From contig CAYRJZ010000004.1 in the NCBI GenBank assembly GCA_964424775.1, positions 3,262 to 67,261 of the forward strand: a stretch of 64,000 nucleotides of DNA, read 5' to 3'. This document shows, one piece after another, positions 56,264 through 64,000 of this stretch. Under the pieces are notes generated by a model, which was given only the letters and a program-made list of their open reading frames with translations, was not told where the DNA came from and did not search any database. Both the position numbers and the translations under genes were made by a program. The stretch comes from an uncultured Gammaproteobacteria bacterium (GTDB lineage: Bacteria; Patescibacteriota; Microgenomatia; Levybacterales; UBA12049). Numbering within the stretch: the stretch's first letter is position 1; each line of letters begins with the position of its first letter.

Positions 56264-59200
56264 ATGGCGCTAAGAATCCAAATGTCCTCGCCAGATTCTC
56301 AATAACTAAATTAAGAGCTGCTTTTGTTGATTTAGGAGTAATGACTACCGTGTCAAAAGATTGTCCACGATTATTACCTTTATCTTTAGAAATTGCTTGA
56401 AGATGATATATTTTTGAAGGTGCAAGCCCTGTTATTGTTACGATGTGATTGGTAGTGAGGGTCGTATCTTCCTGTGTGGTTTGCGAATAATTTGTTCCGG
56501 TTCCTTCTCCATACTGAACTTGCGTTGTTGCAGGTTCATCTGTATCCCAACTTACTACTACCTGAGCACGCGCCTGGTCTCCTACACCAACAATTGTACT
56601 CTCAACATTCATATTTATAATTTCAGGTGAACGAAGATCAACAGCTGTTTTAAGTGTTTGGGCTGGATAAACTGCTTCATTCCCAGCTGCATCTTTTCCT
56701 TTCATGATAATTGTATAATCAGTATCATCACGAAGGTCTTTTAAGAGAACATCATGATTTCTCTTTAAGGCGAGATTTATTTGATCTTTTGCACCTGTTG
56801 AATCATTTGTTGGATAATAGGTAACTATTGTTGAAATCGGTGCATTAGTGTTCCACAGAAGTCTCACTGTTGCAGTTGCAAGGCCAGCAATTTGTTGAAT
56901 TCTCACATTGCCAATCTTTGGAACTGGAAGCGTCTGGAAAGTATAGTCATCACCAGCAAAAGTATTACCATCTTCATCCTCAGCTACAATTTGGAAATGA
57001 TAGAGTGTTCCCTCGGTCAAATCATCAATAACGACATTATGATCTGCTTCGTCTTTTCCAACAGAGACAACTTCTGTGCCTCCATATGAAAGCGTCTTCC
57101 CATACTTAATCGTTATTTTATTTGCACTCTTTGAAGTAAAACCAATGTATGCCGAATAGAGACTGATATTTGTTGCCTTTACTCCTGAGATAAATGGTGC
57201 CGGATCTGTTGTAAAGGTGTATTCTTTTGATTCTCCCTTGTTCCCGTCTTCATCAGTCCATATAGCTTTGTAATAATACGTTGCCCCTGGTGCTAAATTC
57301 AAAAGTTTGATTGAGTGAGCAGCTACCTGTTCTGATGATCCAACCTCTGTATCGTAACTACCTGATTTTGTTCCGTATTTCACAAATGTATTACTCGTTC
57401 GATCTGTGGACCAAGTAATTGTTGCTGTCTTTGTCTTCACAGTTGCAGAGGGACTTGCTGTAAGGCCAGGAGCTGCTTCCCATTTTCCATCTGGGTACAT
57501 AGTGACAGTACTTGAAGCAGCAGAACAATTATTCGTGCTATCACACGCTTTCACACAGTAATAATGATCTACCTGATCAATATCTGTATCTACATAGGAT
57601 TTTCCAGTTGTAGATGCTTTATAGGAAAAATCACTAAAGTTCGTAGTACATGAAGCTTCTGGGACAGTTGAGCTATATACTTTGTATGTTGAAACACCTG
57701 ACCCTGACGACTCCGGAGCTTCCCATGACAGGGCTAATTTCCAACTTGAAAGAGATTTAACAGAGATATCAGCAATGTCTAATTTTGTTGGCACTCCAGG
57801 TGCTGATGTGTCAGCAGTAAAGGTCACAGAGGCGTAATTATGATAATCAATGTTTCCTGCTTCATCTTTTGCAACAACATACATGATATTTGCACCAGGA
57901 AGTGTGGCATATGCATCTGTTGCTAAGTTCGTTGTTGAAAGTCCAACAACATTCACATTTTGGGATGTTGGAAGAGCATTTATAGAATAGTAATAACGAA
58001 GTGATGATTGCGCTCCAAAATAGACAGCTGGCGGATCCCAGGAGAATGAAAATTGGTTGACAGTATTACTACTTGGACTTACTTCCAAATTCTGTGGTGC
58101 ACTCGGTGCAGTTGCACTATAATAATATGAAACGCTGGAATATGTTGACGGTTTGTTCCCAGCTGTGTCTTCTGATCTCACATAGAAAGTGCTCGCTCCA
58201 GTTCCTCCTGCTAATACCCCACTGATAGATGCAACATTTACTCCACATGTTTCAGCTCCAGCAAGAGCAGTCTTATAACAATAACTTGCAACTCCAGAAG
58301 ATGCATCACTTGCACCACTCCAAGCAAAGGCAAAACTATTAACAGCAGTGTATCCCGAAGGATCTGCTGTCACTGTTGTTGGGTTTTCAGGCGCAACGTT
58401 ATCAAATTTATAAGTAAATGCTGCCCAGTTAGAGACGGAGGTATTCCCCGCATCATCAACCGTTTTGATGCGTAAATAGTAGGAATTTCCTGAAGTAAGA
58501 TCTGAAGCAGTGAAGTTTGTTGTTGTTTGGAGCGTTCCAGACGTAGATGCATCCGCATTCTGATCAGTCCCGAAATAGACATAGTAGCCTGTTATTCCAG
58601 ATCCTGCAGTACCATCTGTTGCTCCACCTGTTGCTTCAGCTGCTGGCCATACAAAATATGGAGCAGAGTAGTTATACCAGGTATTAGTCGTGAGCGACGC
58701 AGCTTGAGTTGCTGTCGAGTATACTGAAAGAACTGATGGATTAACTGGTAAAGATGTGTCTGAGTAATACTTGACTGCATAATCCTGAACAACACCTGAA
58801 TAAATTCCATCTGATGAGGTAAATTCAAATTGAACTTGAATGTACTGATTGCCAGGTGAATTTATCTTGTATTCATAATTGGAGCCATTTTGCTTTACCT
58901 CACTCGCCTGTGCCCATGAACTCCAAGTACTATTATCAGCTGATGTTCTTGTCTTCACCCCAAGAGTAGCATTGGTAGCGGAAGTATAAGTAACGCTTAT
59001 ATTAGAGAATTTATACACGCCTCCCAAATCAATTGAGGGAGTTATAAAATTACCTGTCTCTTCAAAAGATGATGAGTCGGTTTGGAACACATAACTATAG
59101 AGCCCATTATTAAATGTATTTGTCCCTGCCCCAGCAATAACATACATCCGATCAACCCCGTTGCTTGCTGCAGAACCTCCAGCTGTTATATTCGCAGGAG

Positions 59201-62200
59201 CATTGGTAATTGTTGACCATGTATTCGTTGAAATAATGTACTGAAAACAGGTGACCGTGTTTGCACCCCTGCAGGCAAATAACCTATCACTTCCCCCATC
59301 AGCTAGAAATCCATCTGCACCGACAGTATTCCCTGTTGCCAAATCTGCAACTGCTGGATCTGACCATGTATTTGCCGAGATGTCGTATCTATAAAATCCA
59401 AGCTGTGAGTTTCCTCGTAATGCATAGATGTACCCTCCTTTTATAACCATCGATCCTCCTGCTCCAATTGCTGCAGGAGCTACAGTAAGACTACTCCAAC
59501 GGTTTCCATTACTTCCCTGTGTATCGTATCTATAAAATGTTGTTGTATTTCCTCCTCGAAGAAGATAAAGATATCTTGTCCCGTCAAATTTCATTGCAGA
59601 GCCTGCACCAGGCGCTGCGGGAACTGGATCAGTATGGTCTTCATACCAATAGTTATTTGTAATGTCATACACAAAAAAGCGTTGAAGAAGTGAACTTGTG
59701 AGCGCATATACCCGATTATTAACACTATCAAATGCCATGACTGCCCCTGTTGTCATACCATTTGGGATATCTTGAAGGTGTGTGACCGTCCCACTCTGAG
59801 CATTATATTTAATAAAAAGACTATCTACTCCTCCACGTGTAATAAAGTAGTCGTTTCCACTTCCTTTTACTATCTGTGCTCCTGTGGTAAATGTTCGAAG
59901 GTCTGATCCTCTAAAATTAGTTCCAAATAAATTATTATTCGGGATCTGCCAGGATGATTTTGCAATATTATATGTATAAAAATTTTGAGTTCCACCACCT
60001 CTGAGAATATAGAGAATGCCATCAACATTTCGCATTGCTGCAGACGTCGTCAATCCGATTGGTGCATCCGATAGCTCACTCCAAGTTTCTGATCCAATAT
60101 CATACTTATAAAAAGCCGTCTTAGCTCCTGCTGGGATATAGTACACAGCGTTACTTGTTTCATCATACTCAATTTGAGCGCCTTCAGCAGATGCGGCTGC
60201 TGGCAGATTAGGGAGTGAGGTCCATGAGTTGGTTGATATTGTATAGCGAGAAAAACCAGTTCTTCCACCGCCCTGGATGGCAAAAATAGTATCATCATCG
60301 ACAGATGACAAATTACCACCTGCACCAACGACATTATTTATCTGATTTGTCGGTGCACCAAAATCAGTATTTGTTAATGTCTCCCATGTATCTGTTTGGG
60401 TATCATAACGAAGGAAAGTATCATCTCCATTTCCTTTCAGTCCGTATATGTAGCGTGACCCATCATAAATAAGTGATGATCCTGTTGAAAAAGGTTGAGG
60501 AGCATCTGCAGCTGCCCCATCATCCCAGGTATTTGTTGTTGAATCATATCGCCAAAATGATGAAGTATTATTTCCCCGTGCTCCAAAAACATAGCCAGAA
60601 GGACCTGCTGCCAATGCTCCACCTGTTGTAACTGCAGCCGGCGCTACTGCGAGTGTCGTCCAGGTATCAGTTGCGATATCATATTCATAAAAGGTGGTCG
60701 TATTTCCTCCTCTGAATGTATAGAGCGTATCTGAATCTCTATCGTATGCCCAACCAGCGCCACTATTAACACCTGCTGGCGGAATACTTAGCCTATACTC
60801 AGTCCAAAAACCGCTTTTTGATGCTAATTTAATTTCATCATTAGCAACTGAAACATTCGTTGTTGTCCCGCCAGTAAAATCTGCTGTTGATGATTTTACC
60901 GTCTCAGAGACATCTACTCCTGAATAGACATACGTAAATGCTGCCAAAGTACTGCTCATGTTATTTTCTGCATCAACAGTTTTCAAACGGAGATAATAAG
61001 TATTGCCTGATGTAAGTGGGGTTGTAACAGTATAGGTACTCGATGTTTGAAGTGATCCAGATACAGCAGGGTCAGCAGAACTTGACGTTCCAAAATAGAC
61101 ATAATATCCAGCAACTGATGTTTCACTATCACTTGCGCCGCTCCAGGTAAAATAAGGATTTGCATAAGAATAGGTACTTCCAGAATTTAATGTGACACCT
61201 GAAATTGATTGGGAGTGACCTGTCACTGTTGAAGGATTGCTCGGGCTTGCTGTATCTCCTGAATAATTTATTGTTATGTCATGAAGGGTAGGAGTTTGGG
61301 TTTGACCGGTTGAAGACGTAAGAGTTGCTCGAACTTGCAAATATCTTCTTGCCGGAGACTGAATACTTCCACTAGAAAGAGATTGCCATGATGACCAGGA
61401 AGATCTATCCGTACTACTTCTTGTTTGAAATGAAATACTTGTATCAGAAGGAGTTGATGCTGTGGATGTCAACGTACTAAAACTTGAAACATATTCAAGA
61501 TCAAGTGTATCACTCGTCCAGGTACCCGAAGCGGGATAATTAGTACTTCCTATTGCATATGTCTGCCACCACAAACTATTTGCCCCGAAGGTAGAAAAAA
61601 GATTTCCTCCGCCATCGCTAGCAAGGGAAGCTCCATTATATGGCCCTTGGTCATATGCATATAGTGTCGCAATATCTGGAAGTCTTCTCCATTCATTACT
61701 TGAGAGAGTATACTCCCAAAACTCCTTTTTATAATAACCTGCCTGAACATATAACTTCCCATTGTAGTAATTCATATCAGTTCCGTAATAAACAGAAAAT
61801 GGAATATTAGAAAGATAACTCCATGTATCTGTTGCGACCGTATATTTCATTAGTCTTGATGTTCCGTTACCGCTTAAAAAATATATATCTGTTCCGTCAC
61901 TGATCAATCGAGAACCAATTCCAGCTACTGCATCTGATGGAAGGTTCGCAGCCCCTGCATCATCCCAAGTATCACCAGAAATACTATATCTGTAAAATGT
62001 TGATGTATTAAGTCCTCTTGTGATATAGAGATAATTACCTGATCCTGGATAGACAACACTTGACCCTCCCCCAAGTGATGCTGGAGACACTGCTAACGTG
62101 GTAAAACTATTACCTACTGGATCATAACGATAGAATGCAGTGGTACTGCTTCCCCGTGGATAATAGAGATAAGCCCCTGCTGATGCACCTTTTGTATCAT

Positions 62201-63416
62201 CTGCACGAGTTGCAGGAAAAGCTGCTAGTAAACCAGACCAAGTTCCATTTGCCAAATCATATCGATACAAATTAGTTGTTGAATTACCACGAGCATAATA
62301 GAGATATCCTTGATGATTAATGACGTCAGATCCTGTTCCGGGAGTATTAGGTAAATCCGTATTCCCAACAAAAGTATCAGAATCTATATCATACTTCCAA
62401 AACTCCTGTGTGTTATTCCCCCGAAAAACATACAGGTATCCATCTCCTGAATGATAAACAACTCCTACAAAACCAGTTGTTTGAGGGGTATTGGTAAGCG
62501 TGGACCAAGCGTTCGTAGATATTTGATAACGGTAGAAAGAATTTGTTGTTGATCCTCTCAAAACATAAATATAATCTCCGTTGACAGATATGTTGCCATC
62601 ACTATTGAGTGTCGCTGGAGCATTAGCCATTGTTGACCACGAATTGCCTGAAACATCATAGCGATAAAAAGTATTTGTATTTCCTCCACGTGGGGTATAG
62701 AAATACCCACCACTATAAATAAGACTTCCTCCGATACTTATCGTTGCAGGAGTTGAAGATACTGCATTCCATGAATTTGATGAAACAGTGTATTTCCAAA
62801 AATCTGTTGTGCCTGCACCTCGGGTAACAAAAATATTTGTACCATCCGTTCCCACTGATGCTCCTGCATAGACGAGATCTGGGAGATCAGCCAATCTTGT
62901 CCAGGTATTAAGAGAAATAGAGTACTTATAAAATTCTTTCTGATATCCTCCAAATATTGCATAAATATTATCACCGAGAATTTTCATATCACTTCCCTGA
63001 TAGGAATAGTACGGTGCACGAGCTAATTGTTTCCAAGAATTTGTTTGGGGATCATACCTCAGGAAAAGATTATCGCCACTTACTTTGACATATAAATACG
63101 ACCCATCACTGACGACAGATGTTTGGTCTCCGAGCGCAATATGGGGAGTTTTCCAGACTCGTGTATTCCAGCTTCCTGTCGCCTGAAGCCGCAACTCTGC
63201 TGAGCGACTAGAAGCTTCAGTTCCACTAAAATTCCCAGAGTTAAATTGTGTCGTTGAATTGATACTCATTGAGGCTGCAAACGCGGGCTGTAGGGAAAAT
63301 GAAAAAGTTGGAAGAATAATAAAAATACAGAAAAGTACGGCAACAATCTTTCTCATATTAATACTCCTATGAGCAAATTCAGATTCCTGCCTACTGAATA
63401 CGCTATTAATTAACAA
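56253..63416 (-). CDS. Giant secreted surface protein (2387 aa) with kelch-like beta-propeller repeat blocks and FN3 domains
   Basis: Signal peptide MRKIVAVLFCIFIILPTFSFSLQPAFAAS. More than 25 repeats of about 50 aa of the form N/T-x-F/W-Y-R/K-Y-D/S-x-x-x-N/D-x-W-x-x-L (e.g. NTFYRYDVSGNSWSTM, TNLYRYDLANGTWSGL). Interspersed FN3-like modules (GYYVYFGTSSSAD...YYLRLKTVD). Confidence 0.8.
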   Translation of the reverse strand: MLINSVFSRQESEFAHRSINMRKIVAVLFCIFIILPTFSFSLQPAFAASMSINSTTQFNSGNFSGTEASSRSAELRLQATGSWNTRVWKTPHIALGDQTSVVSDGSYLYVKVSGDNLFLRYDPQTNSWKQLARAPYYSYQGSDMKILGDNIYAIFGGYQKEFYKYSISLNTWTRLADLPDLVYAGASVGTDGTNIFVTRGAGTTDFWKYTVSSNSWNAVSSTPATISIGGSLIYSGGYFYTPRGGNTNTFYRYDVSGNSWSTMANAPATLNSDGNISVNGDYIYVLRGSTTNSFYRYQISTNAWSTLTNTPQTTGFVGVVYHSGDGYLYVFRGNNTQEFWKYDIDSDTFVGNTDLPNTPGTGSDVINHQGYLYYARGNSTTNLYRYDLANGTWSGLLAAFPATRADDTKGASAGAYLYYPRGSSTTAFYRYDPVGNSFTTLAVSPASLGGGSSVVYPGSGNYLYITRGLNTSTFYRYSISGDTWDDAGAANLPSDAVAGIGSRLISDGTDIYFLSGNGTSRLMKYTVATDTWSYLSNIPFSVYYGTDMNYYNGKLYVQAGYYKKEFWEYTLSSNEWRRLPDIATLYAYDQGPYNGASLASDGGGNLFSTFGANSLWWQTYAIGSTNYPASGTWTSDTLDLEYVSSFSTLTSTASTPSDTSISFQTRSSTDRSSWSSWQSLSSGSIQSPARRYLQVRATLTSSTGQTQTPTLHDITINYSGDTASPSNPSTVTGHSQSISGVTLNSGSTYSYANPYFTWSGASDSETSVAGYYVYFGTSSSADPAVSGSLQTSSTYTVTTPLTSGNTYYLRLKTVDAENNMSSTLAAFTYVYSGVDVSETVKSSTADFTGGTTTNVSVANDEIKLASKSGFWTEYRLSIPPAGVNSGAGWAYDRDSDTLYTFRGGNTTTFYEYDIATDTWTTLAVAPAAVTTGGALAAGPSGYVFGARGNNTSSFWRYDSTTNTWDDGAAADAPQPFSTGSSLIYDGSRYIYGLKGNGDDTFLRYDTQTDTWETLTNTDFGAPTNQINNVVGAGGNLSSVDDDTIFAIQGGGRTGFSRYTISTNSWTSLPNLPAAASAEGAQIEYDETSNAVYYIPAGAKTAFYKYDIGSETWSELSDAPIGLTTSAAMRNVDGILYILRGGGTQNFYTYNIAKSSWQIPNNNLFGTNFRGSDLRTFTTGAQIVKGSGNDYFITRGGVDSLFIKYNAQSGTVTHLQDIPNGMTTGAVMAFDSVNNRVYALTSSLLQRFFVYDITNNYWYEDHTDPVPAAPGAGSAMKFDGTRYLYLLRGGNTTTFYRYDTQGSNGNRWSSLTVAPAAIGAGGSMVIKGGYIYALRGNSQLGFYRYDISANTWSDPAVADLATGNTVGADGFLADGGSDRLFACRGANTVTCFQYIISTNTWSTITNAPANITAGGSAASNGVDRMYVIAGAGTNTFNNGLYSYVFQTDSSSFEETGNFITPSIDLGGVYKFSNISVTYTSATNATLGVKTRTSADNSTWSSWAQASEVKQNGSNYEYKINSPGNQYIQVQFEFTSSDGIYSGVVQDYAVKYYSDTSLPVNPSVLSVYSTATQAASLTTNTWYNYSAPYFVWPAAEATGGATDGTAGSGITGYYVYFGTDQNADASTSGTLQTTTNFTASDLTSGNSYYLRIKTVDDAGNTSVSNWAAFTYKFDNVAPENPTTVTADPSGYTAVNSFAFAWSGASDASSGVASYCYKTALAGAETCGVNVASISGVLAGGTGASTFYVRSEDTAGNKPSTYSSVSYYYSATAPSAPQNLEVSPSSNTVNQFSFSWDPPAVYFGAQSSLRYYYSINALPTSQNVNVVGLSTTNLATDAYATLPGANIMYVVAKDEAGNIDYHNYASVTFTADTSAPGVPTKLDIADISVKSLSSWKLALSWEAPESSGSGVSTYKVYSSTVPEASCTTNFSDFSYKASTTGKSYVDTDIDQVDHYYCVKACDSTNNCSAASSTVTMYPDGKWEAAPGLTASPSATVKTKTATITWSTDRTSNTFVKYGTKSGSYDTEVGSSEQVAAHSIKLLNLAPGATYYYKAIWTDEDGNKGESKEYTFTTDPAPFISGVKATNISLYSAYIGFTSKSANKITIKYGKTLSYGGTEVVSVGKDEADHNVVIDDLTEGTLYHFQIVAEDEDGNTFAGDDYTFQTLPVPKIGNVRIQQIAGLATATVRLLWNTNAPISTIVTYYPTNDSTGAKDQINLALKRNHDVLLKDLRDDTDYTIIMKGKDAAGNEAVYPAQTLKTAVDLRSPEIINMNVESTIVGVGDQARAQVVVSWDTDEPATTQVQYGEGTGTNYSQTTQEDTTLTTNHIVTITGLAPSKIYHLQAISKDKGNNRGQSFDTVVITPKSTKAALNLVIENLARTFGFLAPFAN

Positions 63417-63653
63417 TGCAATAAACAGAATCCTAAGATCCTGTTATATTTAGTTTGATTTTACAATTAAACTATCTCAACCATCATATCTTACAATTCT
63501 TACAAATGTCAACAAAAATGAGTGTTTTCTGTAAGAAGAAAAAGGATGAAAAATTTTACAAATATGAGTATACAATTGTATACAATATATTACATACACA
63601 TATAAAATTTGGATAAAGGGAAATTACTAAACAGATGAGTAATTGAAGCTAAA

Positions 63654-64000
63654 TTAGTTAGTATCAGCAAAAGACTTACCAAGGATTATAAGCATGTCTG
63701 TATTTTCTGGCTTTTCTTCTCCTGCTGGAAGAGTTCCTACTTTTCCTTTTACTCCATTTGCTAATTGTTGAGCAGCCTGACCGTTCTTTCCAGTCAAATC
63801 AATAACAAGAGATTCTGCATATTCGGAGGATTTTGCATTTTCCTTAGCTACAACTTCAACCTGAAGAGATGAAAGTGCAAGAAGTTGTCCTTCTGCCCTA
63901 CGAGTCAAACCTGTTGTTGTTGTTCCATTATAGAGTGCTACTTTTACTTTGAGATTTTGAACTTGAGATTGAGATGCTTCTTTGGGCTGATCAATGTTAA
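63654..64000 (-). CDS. LytR/CpsA/Psr-family protein, C-terminal LytR_C domain (partial; N-terminus lies beyond the window end)
   Basis: In-frame translation through 64000 gives VKVALYNGTTTTGLTRRAEGQ...VEVVAKENAKSSEYAESLVIDLTGKNGQAAQQL, typical of LytR_C. Confidence 0.5.
   Translation of the reverse strand, partial: NIDQPKEASQSQVQNLKVKVALYNGTTTTGLTRRAEGQLLALSSLQVEVVAKENAKSSEYAESLVIDLTGKNGQAAQQLANGVKGKVGTLPAGEEKPENTDMLIILGKSFADTN

Noticed and set aside
56445-63416. Numerous 60-100-aa ORFs on both strands within the giant gene
   Set aside because: All are nested in or antisense to the 2387-aa ORF. They are Gln/His/Leu-rich and are read from the repeat DNA in other frames.
56253-63416. Possible CRISPR-like or DNA tandem repeat suggested by the periodic sequence
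   Set aside because: The periodicity is at protein level (about 50-aa kelch-like blades with divergent DNA). There are no identical direct DNA repeats with unique spacers.

Overview
This window is AT-rich (about 35% GC), densely packed with genes, and has the gene content of a small-genome, Patescibacteria/CPR-like bacterium; that identification is an inference from gene content and composition. Core genes present: topA, dprA, the mreB-mreC-mreD-mrdA (PBP2) operon, def-fmt, rpmB, polA (polymerase domain only), prs, galU, a family-4 uracil-DNA glycosylase and a SpoU-type methyltransferase. A tRNA cluster (Thr-UGU, Tyr-GUA, Thr-GGU) is followed by rpmG and tRNA-Trp. The conserved secE-nusG-rplK-rplA-rplJ-rplL block is present but carries a 4.3 kb insertion of three non-ribosomal genes between rplA and rplJ. 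Accessory content: (1) two short high-GC (about 55-60%) islands inside the low-GC background, one encoding a 4-TM membrane protein and one encoding a paralogous pair of unknown proteins plus a small protein, with repeated terminator units and a recurring AGAGACGA motif; (2) two adjacent sensor histidine kinases with no response regulator nearby; (3) a single minus-strand operon encoding a 2387-aa secreted protein (kelch-like beta-propeller repeats plus FN3 domains), a MacB/FtsX-type ABC transporter, a Cys-less rhodanese-like protein and a GalT-family enzyme; (4) a secreted beta-helix protein, a dockerin-bearing protein and a FabH-like KAS III; (5) a likely small ncRNA with a consensus sigma70 promoter and a palindromic terminator. 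No CRISPR array, integrase or transposase was recognised. All calls rest on motif recognition by eye; no database search was possible.
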